Assembly: GCA_011605725.1 (NCBI GenBank)
Contig: JAAOZP010000017.1
Span: 374,354 to 438,353 of the forward strand
Origin: Nitrososphaerota archaeon
Lineage (GTDB): Archaea > Thermoproteota > EX4484-205 > JAAOZP01
Reading direction: 5' to 3'
Length of the DNA stretch: 64,000 nucleotides
Under the pieces are notes generated by a model that saw nothing but the letters and a program-made list of their open reading frames with translations, ran no database searches and was not told where the DNA came from. Position numbers and translations under genes: made by a program. Positions 18,840-28,292 of the stretch are shown here, one piece after another. Numbering within the stretch: position 1 is the stretch's first letter; each line of letters begins with the position of its first letter.

Positions 18840-19892
18840 ATGGATGAGTTAAGGTTTTTAAACGGACCGCTTTCAAACCTGCCTAGAATAGTTCACGCTA
18901 AAACCAAGAGGGTTTCCTCATTCGACAAGACGGGCGGGAACAAGGATTACTGGACCATCGGTGCCCGTGAAAAAGTGAATATTGCTGAAATCAAGGGTGC
19001 TGGAGTAATTAGACACATATGGTTTACAGTTAGCTCTCTCAACAAGCTCTGTCTGAGGGACGTAGTGTTAAGAATGTACTGGGACAGTGAGCAGGATGCT
19101 AGTGTTGAAACACCTCTCGGAGACTTCTTCGGAGTCGGCCATGGTGTTGCAAACCATTTCGTTTCACTACCCTTAAGCATGGTTAGAGGACCGGGGAGAG
19201 GGGTTAACGCTGGAATGAACTGCTATTTTCCAATGCCTTTCTCAAATGGAGCTAGAATAGAGGTTGAGAACGAGAAGGATGACGAGATTATTCTCTACTT
19301 CCACGTGGACTACGAGCAGTTTGACGAAATACCTGAAGACTACGGGAGGTTCCACTGCTGGTGGAACAGGGAGAACCCGTGTACCCCGGTTGAGCATAAA
19401 GGAGAAGAGTTGAACACTACTGGCGACGACAACTATCTGATACTCTACGCTGAAGGGACTGGCCACTACGTCGGATGCGTCTTAAGCGTGGATAATTTCA
19501 ACGCTTTCAACCAGAAGTATACATGGTTCGGAGAGGGTGACGACATGATTTTCGTAGACGGGGAGAAATGGCCTCCCAGTATTCACGGCACCGGGACCGA
19601 GGACTACTTCCTGTCAGCATGGGGCTTCCCCTGCGGAGAATACTCCGGGCCGTATCACGGCGTCTCCCTGGCTGGAGACACTGTAGAGTGGTCTGGAAAA
19701 TGGAGTGTCTACAGGTTTCACATAGAAGACCCAGTCAGATTCACAAGGTCGATCAAAGTTACTATTGAGCACGGGCATGCTAACGACCAGGGTAACGATT
19801 ACTCTAGCGTAGCATACTGGTACCAGTCTGAGCCCCATAGGAGGTTCCCACCTCTTCCGAAAGCATTAGACAGAAGGCCTAGAAGAGTTTAA
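18840..19892 (+). CDS. DUF2961 / GH172 family glycoside hydrolase
   Basis: PLGDFFG, YFPMPF, GEGD, GTGTEDYF, YRFHIEDP, IEHGHAN. Confidence 0.88.
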   Translation: MDELRFLNGPLSNLPRIVHAKTKRVSSFDKTGGNKDYWTIGAREKVNIAEIKGAGVIRHIWFTVSSLNKLCLRDVVLRMYWDSEQDASVETPLGDFFGVGHGVANHFVSLPLSMVRGPGRGVNAGMNCYFPMPFSNGARIEVENEKDDEIILYFHVDYEQFDEIPEDYGRFHCWWNRENPCTPVEHKGEELNTTGDDNYLILYAEGTGHYVGCVLSVDNFNAFNQKYTWFGEGDDMIFVDGEKWPPSIHGTGTEDYFLSAWGFPCGEYSGPYHGVSLAGDTVEWSGKWSVYRFHIEDPVRFTRSIKVTIEHGHANDQGNDYSSVAYWYQSEPHRRFPPLPKALDRRPRRV

Positions 19893-20016
19893 GCTGTTAA
19901 ACAGCAGTGTCAAAGCTTTCTCAGAACACTATAGGCTTTCACCTGGGACCTGGATTCAAGCCTTAGTTGCGAAACAGGAAGACAGCCGTAGCCCTTGAGA
20001 GAAAGCTGAAGGACAA

Positions 20017-20092
20017 CGGGCCCGCTGGGATTTGAACCCAGGTTCTCCGGCTCCGGAGGCCGACGCCTTTATCCTGGCTTGGCCACGGGCCC
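20017..20092 (-). tRNA. tRNA-Arg(CCG), no intron, no encoded CCA
   Basis: GGGCCCGTGGCCAAGCCAGGATAAAGGCGTCGGCCTCCGGAGCCGGAGAACCTGGGTTCAAATCCCAGCGGGCCCG folds as a cloverleaf. Confidence 0.95.
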
Positions 20093-20137
20093 GCTTAAAC
20101 TTTATTTGCCCGAGCTTTTAAACCTAATTCGCTTCAA

Positions 20138-21772
20138 GTGAATATGGATAGCAAGGGCAAGGGTGGTTTTGTGTTCTGGGCCGATGCGGTGGCTGAATCG
20201 GCGATTGAACACGCTAAGAGGAATAGGATGAGCATTGTAACTATTAAAAGTGGAGGATCACCCTCGGGGGGGAAACACTTGGGAAACATGAACGACCAGA
20301 TTCGCGCGTTCTTCATCTACGACGCTGTGAAAAGAAGGGGTGTTTCAGCGAGGCTGATCTACACCAATGACGATATGGATCCGCTTAGGACTATTCCGCC
20401 TTCAGCGCCCGACGGCGGTGGCGAGTGGCATGTTTTCACGGAGCAGGAGCTTTCAACCCTCGAGAAATACTTGGGATGGCCCTATAGCCGTATACCGGAT
20501 GTTTTTGGATGCCACGGGTCTTGGGGGGAGCATTTCAACTCAGTGATTCAAGACGGCTTAAGCAGAATAGGAATAGTGATGGAGAACTATAGTAACAGCG
20601 AGTCCTACTCGAGCGGGAGGTTTCTCGACGCTACTAAGCTTACACTCTCTAAGACTATGCTAGTCAAGAAGGTTTTAAGCAGGTTTCAGAGAAACATTGA
20701 GGAAAACTGGGTGCCGTTTCACCCTGTCTGCAGCAACTGTGGGAAGATAACGACGACGGCTTTAGGCTTCGACCTTGGCAGCGAGACTGTTGAGTACGAG
20801 TGTAAGGGGAGGGTTTTAGCCGGGAAATACGTGATAAAGGGCTGCGGCCACAAGGGTTTTTCAACGCTGAAAGAGGGTAAGCTTCCCTGGCGCCTAGAAT
20901 GGGTTGCGCAGTGGATGGTTTTCCAGGTTAACGCGGAGCCGTTTGGAAAGGATCATTACGAGGGGTCTTGGAAATCAGGCCAAGCGTTAGCTAGGGAAGT
21001 CTACGGGATAGAGCCGCCGGCAAGCCTAGTCTACGAGTTTTTCCTGGTTAACGGTGAGAAAATGTCGAGTAGGAAGGGGAACGCGTACACGCTGCACGAC
21101 CTGCTGAAGGTTCTTGAGCCTGAGGTGATAAAATACCTTTACACTAAGAGGCCTATGATGCAGAGAAACATTGATTTGAAGAACCTGCACCTGCTGGTTG
21201 AGGAGTTCGACAGGTTTGAGGAGAGCTTTTTCAAAGGAGGCTCGGAGGAGGCTGCGAGAATATATCCGTCGATAGTTGGGAAAACCCCTGCTGAGAAGCC
21301 GTTGAGAGTAAGCTACCTGCTTGCAAGCTACGTCGTCCAGTTCTACCCGGTTGAGGAGGCTTACAGAAGCCTAGTTAGAGCCGGCATCGTGAAAGAAGAC
21401 GCCAGCGTGGAAGACAGGGAAAGAGTGCTTCGCAGACTCAGGCTTGCTGGAAACTGGCTTTCAACATTCGCAGACGCCAGCAAGTATGTTCTTAAAAGGG
21501 AGCCTGCGGAAGTGGATTTAAGCGGCTTCGAACAAGCCTTCAAGGAGCTTCTAGAGAAACTGTCTTCGCTGAAAGAGTTTAACGGTGAGGAGATTCAGAA
21601 CATTATTTACTCCACCGCCCGTGAGCACGGCATTCCTTCGTCAAGCTTCTTCGAGAAGCTTTACATGGTTTTCATAGGAAGGGGAAACGGCCCCAGGCTT
21701 GGCTACCTGCTTGCAGCACTGGGCAGGGAGCACGTTTTAACTCGTCTCAACACGCTTCTTAAAAAATCTTAA
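20138..21772 (+). CDS. lysS: Lysine--tRNA ligase, class I
   Basis: SPSGGKHLGN, DDMD, Zn-binding CSNCGK, GKLPWR.EW, FGKDH, KMSSRKG, GPRLG. Confidence 0.95.
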   Translation: MNMDSKGKGGFVFWADAVAESAIEHAKRNRMSIVTIKSGGSPSGGKHLGNMNDQIRAFFIYDAVKRRGVSARLIYTNDDMDPLRTIPPSAPDGGGEWHVFTEQELSTLEKYLGWPYSRIPDVFGCHGSWGEHFNSVIQDGLSRIGIVMENYSNSESYSSGRFLDATKLTLSKTMLVKKVLSRFQRNIEENWVPFHPVCSNCGKITTTALGFDLGSETVEYECKGRVLAGKYVIKGCGHKGFSTLKEGKLPWRLEWVAQWMVFQVNAEPFGKDHYEGSWKSGQALAREVYGIEPPASLVYEFFLVNGEKMSSRKGNAYTLHDLLKVLEPEVIKYLYTKRPMMQRNIDLKNLHLLVEEFDRFEESFFKGGSEEAARIYPSIVGKTPAEKPLRVSYLLASYVVQFYPVEEAYRSLVRAGIVKEDASVEDRERVLRRLRLAGNWLSTFADASKYVLKREPAEVDLSGFEQAFKELLEKLSSLKEFNGEEIQNIIYSTAREHGIPSSSFFEKLYMVFIGRGNGPRLGYLLAALGREHVLTRLNTLLKKS

Positions 21773-21929
21773 TGCAGCGTATTCCTTTCTCCACGGCTTC
21801 AGGCGACAGTTAATCGTCGAACATGTTTTACAGCCGGAAATAAATCGGCTTTAGACGGATGTTTTCTAAACATCTAATGGTAAAGTTAAATACGGCTTTC
21901 CAGAAGCAGCGCAAACATTGAGGCTAAGC

Positions 21930-22979
21930 ATGAGGGTTGGAATAGTCGGCTACGGAGTGTACGTGCCCAGGCTGAGAATCAGGGTTGAGGAGATAGCGAA
22001 AGTCTGGGGGCATGATGCCCGCTCCTACAGGGAGGGTCTTGGAATAGAGGAGAAGTCTGTTCCGTCGCTGGATGAGGATACTGCCACAATAGCTGTTGAA
22101 GCTGCGAGAAACGCTATGAGGCGTGCGCCCGAGGTTAAGCCGAGCGAAGTCGGCGCGCTGTTCGTAGGATCAGAATCACACCCGTACGTTGTTAAGCCGA
22201 CAGCAGCAACAGTCGCTGAAGCCCTAGGCTTAACGCCAAGCCTAACAGCAGCAGACACAGAGTTCGCCTGCAAAGCTGCGACAACAGCGGTTCAAGCATG
22301 CCTAGGAATGGTTAAGGCAGGATACATAAAGTACGGCATCTCGATAGGGGCTGACACAGCTCAAGGAGCGCCTAGGGACGCGCTTGAGTATACTGCTGCC
22401 GCAGGCGGAGCCGCATACGTCGTGGGCGCTGGAGAAGGAGTGGTTGCAGAGGTTGAAGCAACATATTCTTACACTCAGGATGTTCCGGACTTCTGGAGGA
22501 GAGATGGCGCAAGCTACCCTAAGCATGCTGGAAGATTCACAGGCGAACCCGCGTATTTTGAGCATGTTATAAGCTGCACGAGAGGCCTGCTTGAGAAAAC
22601 CGGGACCACTCCGAAGGATTATGACTACGTGGTGTTTCACCAGCCTAATTCAAAGTTCCCGTTGAAAGCCGCTAAGGAGCTTGGTTTCGACGAGAAGAAG
22701 CTTCAACCCGGGCTCTTGGTCAACCGTCTCGGAAACACTTACTCAGGCTCTTCCCTAATCGGCTTAGCGGCGGTCCTGGATGTTGCAAGACCCGGGGAAA
22801 GGATCCTGTTAACCTCCTATGGTTCAGGAGCCGGGTCTGACTCTTTCAGCATAAGGGTTACTGAAGCCATAGACTCCAAGAGGAAGCTAGCCCCGCCTGT
22901 GATGTATTACTTGGAGAAGCGTGAATACATTGATTACTCGACCTACGCGAAGTGCAGGAGGCTTTTCAAAGAGAGGTGA
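21930..22979 (+). CDS. Hydroxymethylglutaryl-CoA synthase (archaeal type)
   Basis: [39 protein letters not shown]. Confidence 0.95.
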   Translation: MRVGIVGYGVYVPRLRIRVEEIAKVWGHDARSYREGLGIEEKSVPSLDEDTATIAVEAARNAMRRAPEVKPSEVGALFVGSESHPYVVKPTAATVAEALGLTPSLTAADTEFACKAATTAVQACLGMVKAGYIKYGISIGADTAQGAPRDALEYTAAAGGAAYVVGAGEGVVAEVEATYSYTQDVPDFWRRDGASYPKHAGRFTGEPAYFEHVISCTRGLLEKTGTTPKDYDYVVFHQPNSKFPLKAAKELGFDEKKLQPGLLVNRLGNTYSGSSLIGLAAVLDVARPGERILLTSYGSGAGSDSFSIRVTEAIDSKRKLAPPVMYYLEKREYIDYSTYAKCRRLFKER

Positions 22980-22985
22980 CCATGC

Positions 22986-24152
22986 TTGAAGAGAGAGGTT
23001 GCTATAGTGGCTGTTGGAGCAACAAAGTTCGGGGAACACTGGAGCAAGGGTCTTAAGGATCTGGCTTGGGAAGCCGGGGTTCAGGCTGTTGAGGAGGCAG
23101 GGATCAGTGGGAAAGACGTTCAGTACATTGTTTTCGGAAACATGTCTGGAGGAATGTTTGAGGGGCAGGAGCATGTCGGGGCCCTTGTAGCGGAGTTCCT
23201 AGGCTTGAACCCGGTGCCGGCGACAAGGGTTGAGGCGGCATGCGCCTCCGGAGGAGTGGCTTTCTTCCAGGGCTACTTGGCTGTAGCGTCAGGCATGTAT
23301 GACCTTGTAGCTGTCGGCGGAATCGAGAAGATGACTGATGTTGAGCCGAGCCAGGCTACGGAGATTCTTTCAGCAGCAATGGACTATGAGTGGGAAGCAT
23401 ACTTCGGAGCAACCTTCCCAGGCGTCTACGCGCTTATAGCAACCAGGTATATGCATGATTACGGTCTTAAGCCGGAGACTCTTGCTGAAGTAGCTGTTAA
23501 AAACCATTATCATGGAAGCATGAACCCGCTTGCACACTTCAGGAACAGGATAACCGTGGAGGATGTTCTCTCCTCCCCGTTCGTAGCCTACCCATTGAGA
23601 AGAAACGATTGTTGCCCTATTTCAGACGGCGCTGCCTGCGTATTGCTCGCACCACTGGATGAGGCGCGTAAATACACGGATACGCCGATAATCGTTAAGG
23701 CTGTGGCGCAAGCGTCTGACACGCTCAGTCTTCTCGAGAGAAGAGACATATGTACACTGGACGCGACGGTGCATGCTGCGGAGAAGGCTTTTGCAATGGC
23801 TAAGCTAACTAGGAAGGATGTTGACCTGGTTGAGGTGCATGACTGTTTCACCATAGCTGAAATACTGGCCTTAGAGGACCTTGGCTTCTGCGCCAAGGGA
23901 GAGGCGTTTAAGCTTTATGAGGAGGGGGAAACATACGTGGGCGGCAGGCTGCCGGTTAATACTGACGGAGGGTTGAAAGCAGGTGGGCACGCGGTCGGCG
24001 CGACAGGAGTGAAACAGATAGTTGAGATCGTGAAGCAGCTGAGAGGGGAGGCAGAGGGTGGAAGACAGGTTGACGGGGCTGAAGTAGGCTTGGCGCATAA
24101 CGTAGGCGGGTCGGGCGCCACCGCCGTGGTAACCATTCTTTCAAGGAGGTGA
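22986..24152 (+). CDS. Acetoacetyl-CoA thiolase (archaeal)
   Basis: EAACASG, EVHDCF, GGLKAGGH, AHNVGGSG. Confidence 0.95.
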   Translation: MKREVAIVAVGATKFGEHWSKGLKDLAWEAGVQAVEEAGISGKDVQYIVFGNMSGGMFEGQEHVGALVAEFLGLNPVPATRVEAACASGGVAFFQGYLAVASGMYDLVAVGGIEKMTDVEPSQATEILSAAMDYEWEAYFGATFPGVYALIATRYMHDYGLKPETLAEVAVKNHYHGSMNPLAHFRNRITVEDVLSSPFVAYPLRRNDCCPISDGAACVLLAPLDEARKYTDTPIIVKAVAQASDTLSLLERRDICTLDATVHAAEKAFAMAKLTRKDVDLVEVHDCFTIAEILALEDLGFCAKGEAFKLYEEGETYVGGRLPVNTDGGLKAGGHAVGATGVKQIVEIVKQLRGEAEGGRQVDGAEVGLAHNVGGSGATAVVTILSRR

Positions 24153-24622
24153 GCAGCATGAGTGTTTCCGGAGTACCTAGACACTGGAGGAGCCTTAGGG
24201 AAAGATACAGGCTTCTCGGCACGTATTGCGAAAACTGTAAGACAAGCTTCTTCCCGCCTAGGAAGATCTGTCCTAAATGCCGGAGGAAAGGCAGAACTAG
24301 GGAGGTTGAGTTCTCAGGAAGAGGCAGGGTTTTCAGCTACACGGTGATCCACGTAGGCTCTAAAACCTTCGAGGAGTATACTCCTTACATAATAGGGTTG
24401 ATTGAGCTTCAGGAGGGCCCGAGAGTCCTCTCGCAAATAGTGGACTGTAAGCCTGAGGACGTGCATATAGGGATGATGGTTGAAGCCTGCTTCCGGAAGC
24501 TCTTCGAACAGGAGGACGGGGGAATAATAAGCTACGGCTTCAAGTTCAGACCTGTCGACGACAGTTGGGCCGAGTACTACGATAGGCTTCTTGCAGACAG
24601 GGCCATGGTTGAAAAAACCTAG
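24149..24622 (+). CDS. DUF35 Zn-ribbon/OB-fold scaffold of the thiolase-HMGCS complex
   Basis: CENC..FPPR.ICPKC, YGFKFRP; canonical three-gene cluster. Confidence 0.92.
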   Translation: MSSMSVSGVPRHWRSLRERYRLLGTYCENCKTSFFPPRKICPKCRRKGRTREVEFSGRGRVFSYTVIHVGSKTFEEYTPYIIGLIELQEGPRVLSQIVDCKPEDVHIGMMVEACFRKLFEQEDGGIISYGFKFRPVDDSWAEYYDRLLADRAMVEKT

Positions 24623-24710
24623 TCCGGGTGGAAGCATCAGAATAAGACTCGATTCCCGCTCCCTGCGAAACAATCTTTAAAAACATCCTTTCAACACTCA
24701 TTACTAGTAA

Positions 24711-25550
24711 TTGTCATCCCCGTGTAGAATAGGTCCTGCAGGCTTTCCTTTAAAGGGTCCGCACGGGACTGACGCGATGCCTTACCTGAGGAAGATAGGG
24801 CTTGACGCGATGGAGTACCAGGCTGTTAGAAGCCTAAGAATAAGCAGGAAGCCTGCTGTTGAGCTCGGCTCAGCCGCGTCTGAGAACGGTGTTCTCCTGA
24901 CTCTTCACGGCCCGTATGCGATAAACCTTTCCTCAGAAAGGAAGCTTGTTAGGAGACAGAGTGTTCAGAGGCTCGTCAAGTCGGCTGAAATAGCCTCCTG
25001 GATGGGGGCTTTCCACGTGACTTTCCACCCAGGCTACTACAGCGGTCTTCCAAGAGAGCTCGCCATGCAGGCTCAGAAAGAGGCTTTTAAAAACGTTTTG
25101 GAGAAGATGAGCATGAAGAAGATTAGCGTTGAGCTCGGCCCCGAGACAACAGGTAAACCAGACCAGTTTGGAACACTTGAAGAGCTTATCGAGCTTTCAA
25201 ACACTTTTGAAAACGTTAGGCTTACCCTTGATTTCGCTCATATTCACGCTAGAATGGGAGGCTCGGTTAAGAGCCGCGGCGACTACGAGAAGATTCTCGA
25301 CACGGTTGAGAAGAATCTTGGAAGCGAGAAGATGAAGAACCTGGTTGTGCACTTCTCAGAGGTTGAGACAACCTCGAAAGGCTTCGGGGAGAAACGGCAC
25401 CATCCTCTTGGAAGCGGCTACGGGCCTGATTTCAGAAGGCTTGCGGAAATAATAGTTGAGAAAGGATACTCGTTCATAATAATATGCGAGTCTCCTCTGC
25501 TTGAAATAGACGCGTTGAAAATGAAGAGGATGCTGACTAGGGTTAAGTAA
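24711..25550 (+). CDS. Endonuclease IV-like TIM-barrel protein
   Basis: HGPYAINL, FHPG, ETTG..QFG, DFAH, HFS, ICESP. Confidence 0.88.
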   Translation: MSSPCRIGPAGFPLKGPHGTDAMPYLRKIGLDAMEYQAVRSLRISRKPAVELGSAASENGVLLTLHGPYAINLSSERKLVRRQSVQRLVKSAEIASWMGAFHVTFHPGYYSGLPRELAMQAQKEAFKNVLEKMSMKKISVELGPETTGKPDQFGTLEELIELSNTFENVRLTLDFAHIHARMGGSVKSRGDYEKILDTVEKNLGSEKMKNLVVHFSEVETTSKGFGEKRHHPLGSGYGPDFRRLAEIIVEKGYSFIIICESPLLEIDALKMKRMLTRVK

Positions 25551-25612
25551 TGGCTAGACGGCTGACTGAGAACCGGGTTTGAAGACTGGAAGCGGAAGAC
25601 ACGCTTTACTGC

Positions 25613-26197
25613 TCACTGTTTAGAGAGGAAGGAGATTATCTCCCTGCAGAACTCTGGAAGATCATCGGGAACTCTTCCAGTTATTATGTTCCCATCCCTC
25701 ACGGCAGGAACGTCTTCGAACATTGCACCAGCGTTAATCAGATCATCCCTAACAGCCTTATACGCTGTAACCCTTTTTCCCCTAACTATGCCTGCTGATA
25801 TCAGCACCTGGGGCCCATGGCAGATGGCTGCTATCAGCTTCCCAAGCTGGTTCACTCTCCTAACCAGCTGAATTACCCTGCTGTCGGTTCGCAACGCGTC
25901 TGGGGAGAACCCTCCGGGGAAAAGAAGGCAGTCCACCTCCTCGGGTTTTATCTCTTCAAGCGTTTTTACGACGTAACGCTTACCTGGAGCCATGACTTCA
26001 AGCGGCACTGGCGTCCCGTATCTGCCGGACACCGGCTTCTCAGCAGAAGGCCTTGGGTGCAACCCCTTCTTAACCGGCACAATGGTGACGCTGGCTCCCT
26101 CCTCGCTCAGCCGCAGCAAAGGATATAGCAGCTCAACATCCTCGAATTCGTTAGCCACAATTATAACTACATTCTTTCCACTCAGGCTCATGCTCAC
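25613..26197 (-). CDS. PfpI/DJ-1 family protein
   Basis: FEDVEL, PGG..PD.LR, AAICHGP. Confidence 0.92.
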   Translation of the reverse strand: MSMSLSGKNVVIIVANEFEDVELLYPLLRLSEEGASVTIVPVKKGLHPRPSAEKPVSGRYGTPVPLEVMAPGKRYVVKTLEEIKPEEVDCLLFPGGFSPDALRTDSRVIQLVRRVNQLGKLIAAICHGPQVLISAGIVRGKRVTAYKAVRDDLINAGAMFEDVPAVRDGNIITGRVPDDLPEFCREIISFLSKQ

Positions 26198-26355
26198 GGG
26201 AAAAGCATTTGACGTTTAAAAACTTTTCGAGCTTGAAGCGCGTGTCAATATGCTTATCTTAATACATTTACTGATTTTAAACATGATAATGTTGCTATCG
26301 CCGTAAAAACCCGGTTGAACTCTTTAAGAGACAATGTGCCCACGCGGATAAAAGG

Positions 26356-27369
26356 TTAAAGCATCAGGTTTCTGCTTTCCCTAGGATCTACAACAATACC
26401 CTCAATCGGCTTCTTATCCAAATAGTTGAAAATAGCTTCCACTATCGTCTCATCCATGGCGGTTAAAGATTCCCGAGTATACGCAGCTATATGAGGCGTA
26501 ATCACGACGTTACCATGTTTTAGAAGCGGGTGGTCAAGCTCTATCGGCTCCTTCTCGACAACGTCTAACGCTACAGCGCTTACAACACCCTTATCAAGGG
26601 CTTCAGCAAGAGCATCCTGGTCTACGAGCTCCCCCCTCGCAGTGTTAACCAGTATAATTCCCCTTCTCGCGTTCATCAGGTTTCCCCGGTTAATAATACG
26701 GTATGTCTCAGGGCTGAGACTTGCGTGAAGCGTAACTATGTCGCTTTCAGCCATTAGCTCAGCAATGCTGCCGACGGGAACAACCCCAAGAGCCCTCATC
26801 TTCTCCTCTTGAACATAAGGGTCGTAGGCAATCACTCTTGATCCAAATCCCTTTCTAAGGATTTCAGCCACTCTAGAGCCGATATTGCCGAATCCCACTA
26901 CGCCGACTGTGAGACTACTTAGGTTTCTGCCCACGAATTTAGCGCGCTCATGCCACCCGCCTTTTCTAACAGAATCATTAGCCTCTACGATGCGTCTAAG
27001 CGCGGAAAGCATTAAAGCCAAAGCATGTTCCGCAACAGCCTCCCTCTCCCTGTAGCCTGGCACAGCCACGATCTTCACCCCATGCTTTTCCGCAGCTTTC
27101 AAATCAATATTGTCTAGACCTATGCCGTGCCGAACAATCATAACTACGTCCACATTATTTTTAAAGAATTCTTCACCGTAACGCGGTGTAACACTTGCCA
27201 CGATAAAATGGTATCCAACTAGTTTTTCAGCCAACTCTTTCTCCAGAACGTTCTTCGGAACCTCAATCTGGTCAACGGAGCATCTGGATTCAAGCCTGGT
27301 TAAAGCGTCAGTAAACCTTCCAAAGGATTTGGAGTTCACGACAGCTACGCGGGGCTTCACTCTCTTCAC
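26356..27369 (-). CDS. D-isomer-specific 2-hydroxyacid dehydrogenase
   Basis: GVVGFGNIG, NTARG, LDV, TPHIA. Confidence 0.92.
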   Translation of the reverse strand: MKRVKPRVAVVNSKSFGRFTDALTRLESRCSVDQIEVPKNVLEKELAEKLVGYHFIVASVTPRYGEEFFKNNVDVVMIVRHGIGLDNIDLKAAEKHGVKIVAVPGYREREAVAEHALALMLSALRRIVEANDSVRKGGWHERAKFVGRNLSSLTVGVVGFGNIGSRVAEILRKGFGSRVIAYDPYVQEEKMRALGVVPVGSIAELMAESDIVTLHASLSPETYRIINRGNLMNARRGIILVNTARGELVDQDALAEALDKGVVSAVALDVVEKEPIELDHPLLKHGNVVITPHIAAYTRESLTAMDETIVEAIFNYLDKKPIEGIVVDPRESRNLML

Positions 27370-28265
27370 CCTAAGCCTTCAGCATACTCGACATAGGGTT
27401 GGGAGATCCTCTTGACCTCAAGCTTCTCCTCCTCAGTAAGCTTTCTCAAAGGGATTGGAGACTCTCCAACGTCAACTCCCCTCAGCCTAAGTATTTCTCT
27501 GAGAACAACCTGTGTTTCAACACCGAATTTACTCAACTCCCTCCTAATTCTGTTTATGATGTTTTGAAGCTCAATAGCCTTCTTAACATCCCTGTTTTTT
27601 ACAGCAGCGTAAACCGCTAGAGGAATTTCTGGAAACGCGTTAGCTATTCCACAGACATGGGCCCTGGCTCCGATTAGAAAAGCCACAGCTATCAGTGAGT
27701 CCCCGGCTCCCGCAACGTAATGAGTTCCCCCAAACATATCCACGTAATTCTGCAGCTGCTCCAAATCGTAGCTCGTATCCTTCACGCCTATTACGCTCGG
27801 AACCCCCCTGGTTATGGATTCAAAATCGCTCGGCGAAATATTATACCCCTGCCTGCCCTTATTGTTATAAACCATTACTGGAACACCGGCTCTTGAAAGA
27901 AAACCATAGTATGAGATTAACCCAGCCTTGCCTGGCTTATGGTATATCGGGCCTACGGAGCTGACTGCAGCAACACCTAGGCTCGCCGCATGCTTCGCAA
28001 GCTCGAGAGCGGTCTCCACGTCTGCCGCACCGACGTGAGCGATAATGCTCGCCCTACTGGGAGCAGCTTCAACCACTTTCTCAAGCATCTTTTCACGCTC
28101 GTTTCTACTTAGGAGCATTCCTTCACCATAGGTCCCGAGCACGAAAAAGCCTTTAACCCCTTTCTCAACCAGGAATCCTATTAGTGGAGCAACCCTCTCC
28201 CTGTCGACTTCAAAATCATTTTTAATTGGAGTTATTACTGCTGTAACTATGCCTTCAGGATACAT
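27366..28265 (-). CDS. DapA/NAL-family aldolase (possible 2-keto-3-deoxy sugar-acid aldolase)
   Basis: GTYGEG, VYN, GVKDTS Schiff-base Lys. Confidence 0.88.
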   Translation of the reverse strand: MYPEGIVTAVITPIKNDFEVDRERVAPLIGFLVEKGVKGFFVLGTYGEGMLLSRNEREKMLEKVVEAAPSRASIIAHVGAADVETALELAKHAASLGVAAVSSVGPIYHKPGKAGLISYYGFLSRAGVPVMVYNNKGRQGYNISPSDFESITRGVPSVIGVKDTSYDLEQLQNYVDMFGGTHYVAGAGDSLIAVAFLIGARAHVCGIANAFPEIPLAVYAAVKNRDVKKAIELQNIINRIRRELSKFGVETQVVLREILRLRGVDVGESPIPLRKLTEEEKLEVKRISQPYVEYAEGLG

Positions 28266-28292
28266 TATTAACTGGCTTAGTATAACCTGAAA

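Noticed and set aside
26940-26950. AGCGCGCT-type matches inside intact genes (also near 13681, 37683, 50081)
   Set aside because: They lie in uninterrupted reading frames and are treated as background; they show that short versions occur by chance, so enrichment needs a formal test.
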